Assembly: GCA_963663545.1 (NCBI GenBank)
Contig: OY760505.1
Location: 3,328,001 to 3,392,000, forward strand
Direction of reading: 5' to 3'
From: Candidatus Delongbacteria bacterium
Lineage (GTDB): Bacteria; CAIWAD01
Length of the DNA stretch: 64,000 bases
Shown here: positions 10,010 to 20,668 of the stretch, piece by piece
Layout: each line of letters opens with the position of its first letter
How positions within the stretch are numbered: the first letter of the stretch is position 1
The notes under the pieces: model-generated
What the model saw: the letters and a program-made list of their open reading frames with translations, nothing else
Databases searched by the model: none
Told to the model about the DNA's origin: nothing
Position numbers and translations under genes: made by a program

Positions 10010-11161
10010 CTAAAGAGCGTTTTTGTAGATCGCCACGATGTCGTCAAACTCCGCCTGGCGCGGGTTTGTCAAACCGCAGGCATCCTTCAGGGCATTGGTG
10101 GCTAGAGTCGGCAGATCAGCCTCCTTCACACCCAGCTCAGCCAGCCCGGCGGGAATTCCGATGTCAGCCGACAGTCTACGAATGGCAGCCAGTGCCGCTA
10201 GTGCCGCCTGGTCCCGGGAGAGCCCGGAGGTGCTCACGTCCATTGCACGGGCCACATCACCCAGTCGATCAGCGCTTGTACTGGCGTTGAAGGCCTGCAC
10301 GTGGGGCAGCAGGACGGCGTTGCAGACACCGTGAGGCAGGTCGTAGAAGCCGCCTAGCTGGTGAGCCATGGCATGCACGTATCCCAGGGAAGCATTGTTG
10401 AAGGCCATGCCCGCCAGGAATTGCGCGTAGGCCATCTGCTCGCGGGCTTCCATGTCCTTGCCGTCGGCGACGGCAGCACGCAGGTACGTCTCGATCAGGT
10501 TGATGGCCTTTAGTGCGCAGGCGTCGGTGATGGGGGTCGCTGCGGTAGAAACATAGGCTTCAATGGCATGGGTCAGGGCATCCATGCCGGTCGCCGCAGT
10601 CAGGTCAGCGGGTTGGTCTTTCATTAGTTCCGGATCGTTCACGGATAGGATGGGGGTCGTATGCTTGTCAACGATGGCCATCTTGATGTGGCGCGCCTCG
10701 TCGGTGATGATGCAGAAGCGGGTCATTTCGCTGGCGGTGCCGGCGGTGGTGTTGATGGCAATCAGCGGCAACTGCGGCTTTGCCGATTTGTCCACGCCTT
10801 CATAGTCCGCAATGTTGCCGCCGTTGGTGGCACAAAGAGCGATGCCCTTGGCGCAGTCGTGGGGAGAACCGCCGCCCAGGGAAATCACGAAATCACAGCT
10901 TTCGCTCTTCAGTATAGCCAGACCGCTCTCCACATTGCTAATGCTGGGATTGGGCTTGGTCTCGCTGAAGACAACGGTCTTGACTCCTTGTGCGTTGAGT
11001 AGCTTGACAACCTTGTCCACCAGACCAATGCCAAGCAGACCGGCGTCCGTTACCACCAGGGCCTTATGGAAACCCATGTTTTCGATCATCGCAGCCGCAT
11101 CGGCCAGGCTTCCCGCGCCCATCATGTTGACGGCAGGAATGAAGAAAGTCGTGGTAGCCAT
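10010..11161 (-). CDS. yiaY: Iron-containing alcohol dehydrogenase (YiaY/AdhB-like)
   Basis: [47 protein letters not shown]; start MATTTFFIP. Confidence 0.88.
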   Translation of the reverse strand: MATTTFFIPAVNMMGAGSLADAAAMIENMGFHKALVVTDAGLLGIGLVDKVVKLLNAQGVKTVVFSETKPNPSISNVESGLAILKSESCDFVISLGGGSPHDCAKGIALCATNGGNIADYEGVDKSAKPQLPLIAINTTAGTASEMTRFCIITDEARHIKMAIVDKHTTPILSVNDPELMKDQPADLTAATGMDALTHAIEAYVSTAATPITDACALKAINLIETYLRAAVADGKDMEAREQMAYAQFLAGMAFNNASLGYVHAMAHQLGGFYDLPHGVCNAVLLPHVQAFNASTSADRLGDVARAMDVSTSGLSRDQAALAALAAIRRLSADIGIPAGLAELGVKEADLPTLATNALKDACGLTNPRQAEFDDIVAIYKNAL

Positions 11162-11799
11162 TTTCAGCTCCCTTTCGGTTCCGTGTTGTGCCCTTCGAGC
11201 AAACAACAAGGGTTCAGGCGCAATGCCATTGTAGCGAACCAAAATTCATGATACAGTCAAGAGTTACCGTATCAATGTCAAGGACGTTAGAAGTTTAACA
11301 GGCCTAATCTGCTTTGTCAAGAGAAAAATGACAAATGTTGCACCGTTACTCGTGTATTTGGAGGATGACTAGCCGTTGGTTCCGTAATCGTGTGCATGCG
11401 AGAGTTATAGGAATACTTGAATGTTCTGTCCAACGAATCGCCAATCAAATGATTGCAATATCAGCATTAACGATAGATCCAGGCAAAGAGGTTGGACAGA
11501 ACTTCTGAGTACTCCTATATATAAAGCACGTAAAACTAGCTGATTATTGAAGAGATAGTAGGCTGTAGATGTGTTAGCCAAAGACTGTTGCGCTGGTGAA
11601 GGTGTACTGCGAGTAAATCAAACATGTCAAAAATTCAACAGAAGAATTATCTGGGCAAGGCTTTCATGCGCGGCGCTGCGGCAGCAGGAGTGCTTCCTGT
11701 TCGGGCAGGTGTGAGCTTTGTGCTGCAGGTGAAGACCTTGGCGGATAATACCGATATCGACATTGTAGGACACAATAAACTGGAAGCCGTGAAGCGAGT

Positions 11800-12225
11800 A
11801 TGGGGAAGCCCAACACCAGACCCATCGGACAACTGGTCTTGTGCTGCGAAGCGCTGGCCTTTCTGCTACTGGTCCTGCTGCTGTGGCTGGACGAGCTCTA
11901 TGATCTTCCCAATCGTCTGGCGGGACGCGCATTGACGCCGGTCAACTGGCCTGAAGCTTTGCTTGAAACTGTGATGGTTGTGTCGGTGGGGTTGTTCGCC
12001 GTTTGCTTCAATCGCCGTATGCTTAGGCGCTTGCGTCAGCTTGAGGGCATTCTCCCTATCTGTGCAAGCTGCAAGCGCATTCGCGATGCTCAGGGAAACT
12101 GGCACCCCGTTGAGGGCTACATCTCCGGTCACAGCGAAGCGCAGTTCAGTCATGGCGTGTGTCCTGAGTGCTACCAACGCCTCTATCCTGAATTTGCGGA
12201 GGAGGAATTCGCCGGAGAAGCCTGA
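11800..12225 (+). CDS. Small 2-TM protein with C-terminal four-Cys zinc-ribbon-like module
   Basis: Two hydrophobic helices, then LPICASCKRIRDAQGNW...FSHGVCPEC. Confidence 0.8.
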   Translation: MGKPNTRPIGQLVLCCEALAFLLLVLLLWLDELYDLPNRLAGRALTPVNWPEALLETVMVVSVGLFAVCFNRRMLRRLRQLEGILPICASCKRIRDAQGNWHPVEGYISGHSEAQFSHGVCPECYQRLYPEFAEEEFAGEA

Positions 12226-12263
12226 AGGCCGGCGAGTCGCCGCGATAACCTGGGATCGGAAAG

Positions 12264-13922
12264 ATGCATCCTGAGCCCACCCTCCTACGTGCCGGAGTTC
12301 CCCTCGGACTGATTGGCGTTTTGGCTATTGCCTGTATTTTGGCCGCGCTGTGGCATTGGCGTCGCCGCGTGCGTGATACAAATCGAGCGCTACAGCAGGT
12401 CCACGCTGAGTTACGGGATAGTCAGGCCAGTTTCCGCGAACTCTTTCTCAATCACAATGCAATCAACTTGATCGTTGATCCCGCCTCCGGCAGCATTATC
12501 GAGGCCAACCACGCCGCCGCGCGGTTCTACGGGTATACACGCAAGCAACTCCGTCGCATGCGCATTCAGGACATCAATACCCACTCCGAGGCGGAAATCC
12601 AGTCTGCCATGCAGCAGGCCGATGCAGGCGCGCGCGTGCACTTCGAATTCCGTCATCGCCTGGCCGACAACAGCCTTCGCGATGTAGCCGTATTCAGCGG
12701 TCCCATTCGAGTGCGGGGCCGCCTGCTCCTGCATTCTATCATTCATGACGTCACGACAGAGAAGGAGCTGGAGCGCGAGCTGGTCCAGGCACAGAAGCTG
12801 GAGACCATCGGGCGCCTCGCCAGTGGCGTGGCCCACGACTACACCAACATCCTGGGAGTGATCATGGGTTATGCCGAGTTGGCGCTGCACGAGAATCAAC
12901 AAGAAGAGATTGGCGAATACTTGCGAGAGATTACTCTGGCCGCCGAACGATCGGCGTGTATCACGCGGCGCCTGTTGGCCTTTGCCCGTAACGACAGCGC
13001 GCAGCAACCGCAAGTGCTGGATCTGAACAAAGCCATCCATGGCCTGTTGAATATGCTCCGGCGGCTGATTGGCGAGGAAGTGGAGATTCGCTTCGAACCG
13101 GCTCCGGAGCTTTGGCCGGTGCGTGTGGATCCGATCCAGTTTGATCAAGTGCTGATCAACCTCTGTGTGAATGCGCGTGACGCCATCAAAGGCTTCGGTA
13201 CGATTACTCTGCAGACATCGTGTATCACGGCTGAGCAAAAGCAGGACAGCGATCTGCCGGAGGGAGAGTGGGTTGAGATTGCGGTCAAGGACACTGGATG
13301 CGGCATGGACAAGACCACTGCCGGCCGCGCCTTTGATCCTTTCTACACGACCAAGGAAGCGGGTAAAGGAACGGGCATCGGTTTGTCGACGGTGCGCAAT
13401 GTGATGGAGAGCCATGGTGGCAGAATCGATTTGCACAGCCACCCGGGTCAGGGGAGTTGTTTTCGCCTTACCTTCCCCCGTGCGTTGGACAATGAACTTG
13501 TTGCGCGCGAGCAAGAGCCGCGCATTCCACACGGAAAAGGCGAGTGCATTCTCGTGCTTGATTCCCTGGCTGCCAGTCAACGCATGATTGCTGATATGCT
13601 GATGCGTCTTGAGTATTGTCCATTACTTGCTTCAACGCCTGAAGAAGCACTGCAGTACACGACGAGGCATGATACTCCACATCTGCTGATATGTGATACG
13701 GCAATGGAAGGCATTGATATGGCCGCTCTTCTGCACGAGATGCAATTGCGAGTACCTGGGTTAGGAGTGCTTTTCATTTCGGGACATGGCAAGGACTATG
13801 TGAAGAGGGCCGGCTTGTGCGCAGAGGGACGTAACTATTTGCACAAGCCGTTCAGCTATCCACAACTCGCATTACGATTGCGCCAGTTGCTGGATACAGG
13901 TGAGAAACACACCAGCTTGTGA
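12264..13922 (+). CDS. Membrane-anchored PAS hybrid histidine kinase
   Basis: TM, PAS, GVAHDYTNIL, FYTTK..GKGTGIGL and a divergent receiver domain. Confidence 0.9.
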   Translation: MHPEPTLLRAGVPLGLIGVLAIACILAALWHWRRRVRDTNRALQQVHAELRDSQASFRELFLNHNAINLIVDPASGSIIEANHAAARFYGYTRKQLRRMRIQDINTHSEAEIQSAMQQADAGARVHFEFRHRLADNSLRDVAVFSGPIRVRGRLLLHSIIHDVTTEKELERELVQAQKLETIGRLASGVAHDYTNILGVIMGYAELALHENQQEEIGEYLREITLAAERSACITRRLLAFARNDSAQQPQVLDLNKAIHGLLNMLRRLIGEEVEIRFEPAPELWPVRVDPIQFDQVLINLCVNARDAIKGFGTITLQTSCITAEQKQDSDLPEGEWVEIAVKDTGCGMDKTTAGRAFDPFYTTKEAGKGTGIGLSTVRNVMESHGGRIDLHSHPGQGSCFRLTFPRALDNELVAREQEPRIPHGKGECILVLDSLAASQRMIADMLMRLEYCPLLASTPEEALQYTTRHDTPHLLICDTAMEGIDMAALLHEMQLRVPGLGVLFISGHGKDYVKRAGLCAEGRNYLHKPFSYPQLALRLRQLLDTGEKHTSL

Positions 13923-13996
13923 CACACGGAAATCAGGTGTTACTTTGACGCTAAGCCGAGCGGCTTAGAGTAGGGCTGTGAGTAACAGAGGCGGAA

Positions 13997-14944
13997 GTGA
14001 TCACGCAACACCGCGAGCAAACGAAGACCGGAAAGCAGAACCTGCTGCTGCGGCTGCTGGGCGGGTTGATCGTGCTCATGGGGTTGCTGGCAGCATTTTC
14101 AATTCTGGCGGTAGTGCAGTTTGTGCGCACGCTGTGCGCCCTTTCTGCTGACTACGAGAGCTGGTTGCGGCTGATTATGCCGCTGGCTGTTCTCTTGCTC
14201 TGGCTGTCTGTCTGGTGGAGCTGGCTTGGTATCGGTGTGATGCGCGCAAGGGAGTGGGCCCGTCGTCTGCTGCTGATCAGTTCGCGGCTATGGCTTGTTG
14301 GTGGTGGGATCATTGTGATCTGGCTCGCTTGGGTACAGCAGGGCTGGCAGCTGGCTCCGGTCGCCGTAGATGTCTTTGTGGATCACGCACAACAAGTGCT
14401 GTTTGGGCTGCGCTTGGGCCTTCCACTGCTTGCACTACTATTGGGAGTACTGCTGCCCGCCTTTCTGCAGTTGGCTTTCGGACGCCGTTCTGCACAACTC
14501 GGATTTGTATCACCAGGCAAGAACGGGTGGCTGAAAGAGCTTTCGTCTGCGCAATTGGCACTGCTGCTGATGCAATTGACTACGGCCGTGCTCTTTCCCC
14601 TCAGTCTGAGCTTCCTCGAGTTTGTACCGCTAGCTGGTTTTCTGCTGACCGGAGTCGCGGGATGGATCGCCATGCTGCTTTTTTCCGTGTTACAGTTACT
14701 GCTTGCTGCTGGTGTGTATCACGGATGCCATTGGGCCCTGCTTGGCACACGCTGGATGACGTATGCTTTGGCTGTCAACACACTGGTTTACGCAATAGTG
14801 CTCAAGCTGCAGGAACCTCATCCGGTGTTGCCCAAGGGCGGCTGGACCTTTTTGCTCCTGACTGGATTGATCTACGCCGTGTTGATGCTCGGCTGCCAGT
14901 ATCGTATACAGGCCGGGAGCCTTTCGCAACAAGAGAAACCCTAA
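13997..14944 (+). CDS. Hypothetical polytopic membrane protein
   Basis: About 8 hydrophobic segments; GAGG upstream of GTG. Confidence 0.7.
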   Translation: MITQHREQTKTGKQNLLLRLLGGLIVLMGLLAAFSILAVVQFVRTLCALSADYESWLRLIMPLAVLLLWLSVWWSWLGIGVMRAREWARRLLLISSRLWLVGGGIIVIWLAWVQQGWQLAPVAVDVFVDHAQQVLFGLRLGLPLLALLLGVLLPAFLQLAFGRRSAQLGFVSPGKNGWLKELSSAQLALLLMQLTTAVLFPLSLSFLEFVPLAGFLLTGVAGWIAMLLFSVLQLLLAAGVYHGCHWALLGTRWMTYALAVNTLVYAIVLKLQEPHPVLPKGGWTFLLLTGLIYAVLMLGCQYRIQAGSLSQQEKP

Positions 14945-15082
14945 AGCGGCGGCTTTCGTGCTTGTGTAATGCTTTGCCTGCCTGTTATCTTTCTGCCTGT
15001 CATAACGGTATTGTAAAGTATGCGATCCGGGAGGATGGTCAGCAGGCGAGTCGAGACTACACCAGATGCTGGAGGTCCCGAG

Positions 15083-18000
15083 ATGAGACTCGGAGTCCGC
15101 TTTGAACCATTGATCCTCAGCGCTACCCTCCTGCTGCTTCCGTTTGCCAATTCCACCTTGTCCGCGCACGCTGAGATCCCCCAGCCCGATAGCCCGCACT
15201 TCCTCTACGTGAATTCCTATCGGCCGGGTTATGCCTGGTCGGATCGTATCGAGCTTTGTCTGCGCCAGCGACTGGAGCAGTTGAGCGTGCCCGCGCGCGA
15301 CCTTCACATCGAATACCTGGATGCGAAAGTGTTTGCGTACACCGCGGACAGCGCGCTGACTGAATCGGTATTGAGCCTCTGGCAACAGCGTTACCCCGTC
15401 GGCAGTCTGGATCTTGTGCTGGCCAGCGATCAGGATGCCTACGAGCTGGTGTGTCGCGCCCACGACCGGCTGTTTCCCGGACTTCCCCTGGTGTACACCG
15501 GTGTTGAGGATCCAGTATACACACCCGTGTGGAGCGTGGGGATCCATTCGGTAGCCGACATCGAGGGCAATGTGGAGCTGATTCAGCGCCTGCTGCCAGC
15601 GCACACCAGGATCTGGGCCGTCACCGATCAGTCCTTGTCCGGCCGGTTGAACCGGCAGCGACTGAGCCAGTTCATTCACAGCACCCGGACTACGGCCCGT
15701 CTGGCTTTCCTGGATCCGGGCGAGGGCCTCAGCTTGAATCAGCTGCTGGCACTGGTAGCCGATATCCCCCCCGATGACGCGGTTTACTTTGCGGACTTTG
15801 CGCTGGACACCGATGGTTACGTACCTACCATGGAGGTGCTGCCGCGGCTGACCGCTGTCTCACGCGCGCCCGTTTTCAGTCATGTGGATCAGTACATCGG
15901 CACCGGCGTTGTTGGTGGCATGGTCAGTAGCCCCGACATGCAGGGCCGGCAGCTTGCGGATCTGGCAATGGCCGTTTTGACGGGTACACTGGTTCCCGAC
16001 GGCAGGAAGATTCCTGAAAACACCAGGCCCGTGTTTGAGCGGGCCGCGCTGCGCCGCTTCGGCATTGATCCTCATCAGCTGCCCCCGGGCAGCGAGTTGC
16101 TGGGGAAGCCTGCTGTATCACATCGAGAGCTGCTGCTGTTTCTGGGTCTGCTGTTGTTTGTCATCCTGCAGTCTTTTTTGATTGTCGGATTGACACGCGC
16201 ACGACGACGTGAGCGAGCGATGCGTCTGCGAGCTGATGCGGCCGCAGTGAGTGTTGTCGAGCTCTTTGAGCATGCCCCCATTCCAATGGCTCGCTACGCG
16301 CGTGACGGGACCAGGATTATCTTGAACAGGAAGTTCTGCGAGGAGTTGGGTTACCGTCAAGCCGATCTTCCCGATCTGGCCTCCTGGTGGACACTGGCTT
16401 ATCCGGATCCTGTGATCCGTGAAAGTGTGCAAGCGACGTGGGCCGGTGTGATACAAGGCTTGCTTGTTGGCGGTAGTGGCGACGCCGGCGAATTCAGCAT
16501 CCGTTGTGGTGATGGCGTGCAGCGCGTGATGCACATCACGGCGAACCTGCTACACGATAGTGTGATCGTCAGTTTCCTGGATGTCAGCGAGAAAGTACGC
16601 GCGCACGGCGAACTGCAGAAGACCCTGGAGAACTTTCGCATCCTGTTCGACCTCTCGCCCTATTCCTGTGTGATCACGGATTACGACGGTCGTCTGTTGC
16701 TGGCTAACACAGCTTTCTGCGACTCGCTGGGATTGCCTACGGAAGAAATCCTCGGTAAAACCGGTACCGAGCTGGGCCGCTGCGTGGTCCCGAGCGAAGC
16801 TCAGGACTACATGAACGCATTGCTGGAAGCCGGTGAAATTTCAGGCAGGGAGCTATGCGTCGACGTTGCCGGCATGGGGCGGAGACACATGCTGCTGGCA
16901 ACGCGTCTGATCGAGTTTGATGACCGTCCCGCTGTGCTGAGTGCCATCATCGACGTGACGGAGCGGATCAGGGCCGAGCTCGCACTGCGCGATAGCGAAG
17001 AGAATCTGCGTATCACGCTGGACAGCATTGGCGATGCCGTGATTGCCACGGATATTCAGGGGCGTGTGTCACGTATGAATCCGGTGGCCGAGAAGCTCAC
17101 GGGCTGGACGCTTGCTGAAGCAGCCGGCAAGGGTTTGAACGCCGTCTTCCGGATTGTCAACGCAGGAACACGGGAACCCGTCACGAGTCCCGTCGAGCGT
17201 GTGATACAGACGGGCCAGGTGGTGGGTCTGGCCAACCACACTCTTCTCATCAGCCGGACTGGTGAGGAGTACCAGATTGCCGACTCGGGAGCGCCTATCC
17301 GCACAGAGGCGGGCGAACTGGTGGGTGTTGTGCTGGTCTTTCGCGATGTCAGCGAGGAGTACCGCCTGCAGGAGCAACTCGCGCAGAGTCAGAAGCTGGA
17401 CGCAGTCGGGCAGCTTGCCGGCGGCATCGCCCACGATTTCAACAATGTTCTTACCGGTATTCTGGGAGCTACCGAGCTCTTGCAGGATGGAGTGGAATCC
17501 GCCGAGGAAGAGCAGGAGTACATCGATATCATTCTGCAGGCAGTGCGGACAGCGGCGGAGCTCACACACAATCTGCTGAGTTTCGCCAGGAACCAGCCGG
17601 AGTCTTCAACGGCGGTCGACCTGCACCTTGTCATTCGTGATACACTGGCCTTGCTGGAGAAGAGTATCGACAAGCGGATCCGTATCACGCAAACGCTGAC
17701 TGCGGATGAATACCATGTGATAGGCGACGCAAGTCTGCTGCAGAGCGTCTTCCTGAACCTGGGGATCAATGCCTCACATGCCATGCCCGACGGGGGAACG
17801 CTGACCTTTCGGACGCAACTGCGCCGGCTTGGCGAGAAAGACATCGAGGCGGACAGCTTGTCGCTGGCAGCAGGCAAGTACGTAGAAATCGAGGTCGAGG
17901 ACACCGGCACCGGCATCAGTCCGGATGTACTACCCCGCATCTTTGATCCCTTCTTCACGACAAAGGCCAAGGGCAAAGGAACAGGCCTGGGGCTATCTGC

Positions 18001-18514
18001 CGTCTATGGCACTGTGAGACAGCACGGCGGCACGATTGCCGTGAATTCGCAACAGGGAGTGGGAACCTGTTTCCGCCTGTTGTTCCCGATAACGGAGCAG
18101 GAGCTTCCGGAGCCAATGGCAAACCGTGAGTCGCTGCGCGGACAAGGGCGCATTCTGCTGACCGAGGACGAACGGGCCGTCAGTACGACCACATGTCAGA
18201 TTCTGCAGCGGGCGGGTTACACCGTCAGCGTTGCCACCAACGGTGTCGAGGCGTTGGGGGCCTACCAGCCTGGTGCCTTCGATCTGGTGATCCTGGATAT
18301 GATGATGCCTGAGATGAATGGCCGCGATTGTTTTCTGGCTCTCAAGGAAAGGGACCCCGATGTACGCATCATTCTGATGTCGGGGTTCTTGCGCGAGGAA
18401 GACCTGCAGGAACTGCGGGATCTTGGTCTGTCGGGTTTTCTGCGCAAGCCCTTCTATTCGAATCTGCTATTGAACACCGTTGCAGGAATACTGCGGAATC
18501 CGGGGGCGCAATGA
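15083..18514 (+). CDS. Hybrid histidine kinase with periplasmic ABC-substrate-binding-like sensor and three PAS domains
   Basis: Signal peptide, NSYRPGYAWSD, TM, three PAS, HDFNNVL, receiver ILDMMMP; ATG 15083 after GGAGG. Confidence 0.9.
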   Translation: MRLGVRFEPLILSATLLLLPFANSTLSAHAEIPQPDSPHFLYVNSYRPGYAWSDRIELCLRQRLEQLSVPARDLHIEYLDAKVFAYTADSALTESVLSLWQQRYPVGSLDLVLASDQDAYELVCRAHDRLFPGLPLVYTGVEDPVYTPVWSVGIHSVADIEGNVELIQRLLPAHTRIWAVTDQSLSGRLNRQRLSQFIHSTRTTARLAFLDPGEGLSLNQLLALVADIPPDDAVYFADFALDTDGYVPTMEVLPRLTAVSRAPVFSHVDQYIGTGVVGGMVSSPDMQGRQLADLAMAVLTGTLVPDGRKIPENTRPVFERAALRRFGIDPHQLPPGSELLGKPAVSHRELLLFLGLLLFVILQSFLIVGLTRARRRERAMRLRADAAAVSVVELFEHAPIPMARYARDGTRIILNRKFCEELGYRQADLPDLASWWTLAYPDPVIRESVQATWAGVIQGLLVGGSGDAGEFSIRCGDGVQRVMHITANLLHDSVIVSFLDVSEKVRAHGELQKTLENFRILFDLSPYSCVITDYDGRLLLANTAFCDSLGLPTEEILGKTGTELGRCVVPSEAQDYMNALLEAGEISGRELCVDVAGMGRRHMLLATRLIEFDDRPAVLSAIIDVTERIRAELALRDSEENLRITLDSIGDAVIATDIQGRVSRMNPVAEKLTGWTLAEAAGKGLNAVFRIVNAGTREPVTSPVERVIQTGQVVGLANHTLLISRTGEEYQIADSGAPIRTEAGELVGVVLVFRDVSEEYRLQEQLAQSQKLDAVGQLAGGIAHDFNNVLTGILGATELLQDGVESAEEEQEYIDIILQAVRTAAELTHNLLSFARNQPESSTAVDLHLVIRDTLALLEKSIDKRIRITQTLTADEYHVIGDASLLQSVFLNLGINASHAMPDGGTLTFRTQLRRLGEKDIEADSLSLAAGKYVEIEVEDTGTGISPDVLPRIFDPFFTTKAKGKGTGLGLSAVYGTVRQHGGTIAVNSQQGVGTCFRLLFPITEQELPEPMANRESLRGQGRILLTEDERAVSTTTCQILQRAGYTVSVATNGVEALGAYQPGAFDLVILDMMMPEMNGRDCFLALKERDPDVRIILMSGFLREEDLQELRDLGLSGFLRKPFYSNLLLNTVAGILRNPGAQ

Positions 18515-18795
18515 GCGACAGCAATGAAGTAGTCATGCTCCTGATCGGGCTTGGCGTTTTCGTTTTCGGCATACTGCAGCGACGACACTTGTCGCGTGTC
18601 ACGCGCGCATGGCTGCTGAGCGCGTCGTATCTCCTTCTGCTTGTTTCCTGGGTTTTCACGGTAGCGGAGGCCTATTACCTGCCAACGTTATTGAATCTGC
18701 TTGAGCATGCTTGTGCGCTGCTCAGCGCCTTGTTACTGCTCATCTGGACCTTTGCGCTGCTGATAGACAAGCAGGGAGGGGCACAGCATGATTGA
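18511..18795 (+). CDS. Small 3-TM membrane protein
   Basis: ATGA overlap with the upstream kinase; three hydrophobic helices; overlaps the next gene. Confidence 0.7.
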   Translation: MSDSNEVVMLLIGLGVFVFGILQRRHLSRVTRAWLLSASYLLLLVSWVFTVAEAYYLPTLLNLLEHACALLSALLLLIWTFALLIDKQGGAQHD

Positions 18796-20587
18796 GTTCC
18801 TGGATCTGCTTACTCTGCTTGCAACACTGGCTGCGTTGGTTCTACTGTTGATCTACAGGCTGCCAGCACGTGGAAATGTGCCTGTCAGAATCTTGCTTGG
18901 ACTGTTGTTCTTCAGCTCGTGTTACACAGGGCTGATGGAGGCTGAGTGGACGCTGCATAGTTTGCGCTTTGAGGGTGTGGAGAATATCCTGGGGGCTTTG
19001 ATTCCCATGTGGTGGGCCTTCTTCCTCTATGGCCTGATTCAGCTGGAGCAGGAGCGCAAACTGAAAGCCAGCGAGCAGTGGCACCGTGTTACGATCAACT
19101 CCATTGGCGATGCCGTCATCACTACAGATGTTAACGGATGTGTCACACGTCTAAATCCGGTGGCCGAGAAACTGACCGGCTGGACGGCGGTAGAAGCCGC
19201 CGGGCGCACAATTCGTGAAGTGTTTCACATCGTCAGTGCAAATACACGAACTGAAGTTGAGTCCCCCGTAACACGCGTGCTCAGCACAGGACAGATTATT
19301 GGCCTGGCAAACCACACGGTTCTGATCAGCCGCAATGGACACGAATACCAGATTGCTGACTCCGGCGCGCCCATCCGCGGTGATACAGGCGAGATACTTG
19401 GCGTTGTGCTTGTCTTTCGCGATGTCACTGAGGAGTATGCACTGCAGGACAAGCTCTTTCAAAGCCAGAAGATGGATGCCATTGGACGCTTGGCCAGCGG
19501 TATCGCACACGACTTCAACAACATGCTCGGGGGCATCATTGGGGGTGCCGAGCTGCTGCGTGATATCATTCCCGATACTGCAGATCATCGTGAGTGTATC
19601 ACGCTGATTGTCGAGTCAGCCAATCGCGCGGCAGAGCTCTCCTCAAAATTGCTGGTGTTTGCTCGCAAACAACCCGTTGTCTTTCGTGTTGTCGATGTGC
19701 ATCAAGTCGTGCGTGATACGATTTCCATTCTGCAGAAGACCGTTGACAAGCGCATCAGTATCGTTGAGGAGCTAGGAGCGGAATCGGCACACATCTATGG
19801 TGACACAGTGATGCTGCAAAGCGTGTTCCTGAATCTGGGAATCAACGCTGCCGCTTCCATGCCGGACGGCGGAAACCTGAATCTGCGAACACGCTGTATC
19901 ACACTTGAGGCCGACTATTGTGCCGGCAGCGAATTCACCTTGATTCCGGGCGCCTACCTGGAGGTGGAAGTCCGTGATACAGGCTGCGGCATCCCTGCCG
20001 AGAATCTTAGCATGGTATTCGAGCCCTTCTTCACAACCAAGCTCAGTGGTGAAGGTACCGGCCTGGGCTTGGCTGCCACACACGGCGCAGTCGTTCAGCA
20101 CGAGGGATCCATTACCGTTTACAGCGAGCTGACCAAGGGAACGACATTTCGCGTATTGCTGCCTCTGACAGGCGACGAGCCCGTTGCTGACCGTGATACA
20201 GAGGTGCGCATCCACGGCAGTGGTCTTGTCCTGCTGGTGGATGACGAGCGTGCCATGCGTGTTACAGGTTCCTCCATGCTCAAACGCTTGGGTTATGAGG
20301 TAGAAATCGCCAGTAACGGTGAGGAAGCGCTACAGAAGCTGGCGGAGCTCGACGGCGATGTGTCACTGGTTCTACTGGATATGGTCATGCCGCGCATGAA
20401 CGGCGCGGATTGTTTTCGAGTCATTCATGACAAGTATCCTGATCTACCCGTACTGTTGGTCTCGGGATTCACACCTGAAGATCAGCTACAGGAATTGATG
20501 GCTCTGGGGCTGCGTGGCTTTCTGCAGAAACCCTATCAGAGCGCGCGTTTGAGCCGTGCTGTGGCTGAAGCACTGCGAGACGCTTAA
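18788..20587 (+). CDS. Membrane PAS hybrid histidine kinase
   Basis: Three TM, PAS, SGIAHDFNNML, FFTTK..GTGLGL, receiver VLLDMVMP. Confidence 0.9.
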   Translation: MIEFLDLLTLLATLAALVLLLIYRLPARGNVPVRILLGLLFFSSCYTGLMEAEWTLHSLRFEGVENILGALIPMWWAFFLYGLIQLEQERKLKASEQWHRVTINSIGDAVITTDVNGCVTRLNPVAEKLTGWTAVEAAGRTIREVFHIVSANTRTEVESPVTRVLSTGQIIGLANHTVLISRNGHEYQIADSGAPIRGDTGEILGVVLVFRDVTEEYALQDKLFQSQKMDAIGRLASGIAHDFNNMLGGIIGGAELLRDIIPDTADHRECITLIVESANRAAELSSKLLVFARKQPVVFRVVDVHQVVRDTISILQKTVDKRISIVEELGAESAHIYGDTVMLQSVFLNLGINAAASMPDGGNLNLRTRCITLEADYCAGSEFTLIPGAYLEVEVRDTGCGIPAENLSMVFEPFFTTKLSGEGTGLGLAATHGAVVQHEGSITVYSELTKGTTFRVLLPLTGDEPVADRDTEVRIHGSGLVLLVDDERAMRVTGSSMLKRLGYEVEIASNGEEALQKLAELDGDVSLVLLDMVMPRMNGADCFRVIHDKYPDLPVLLVSGFTPEDQLQELMALGLRGFLQKPYQSARLSRAVAEALRDA

Positions 20588-20668
20588 CTCGCGAGAGTGT
20601 TCTTTGTCGAGCTATTGTTTGAGTCGGGACACCTGAGTACCTTGGCGCCCTCGTAATACAAGGAGGTC

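Noticed and set aside
11624..11935. 103-aa ORF upstream of the 2-TM zinc-ribbon gene
   Set aside because: No recognisable motif and overlaps the better supported 11800-12225 ORF.
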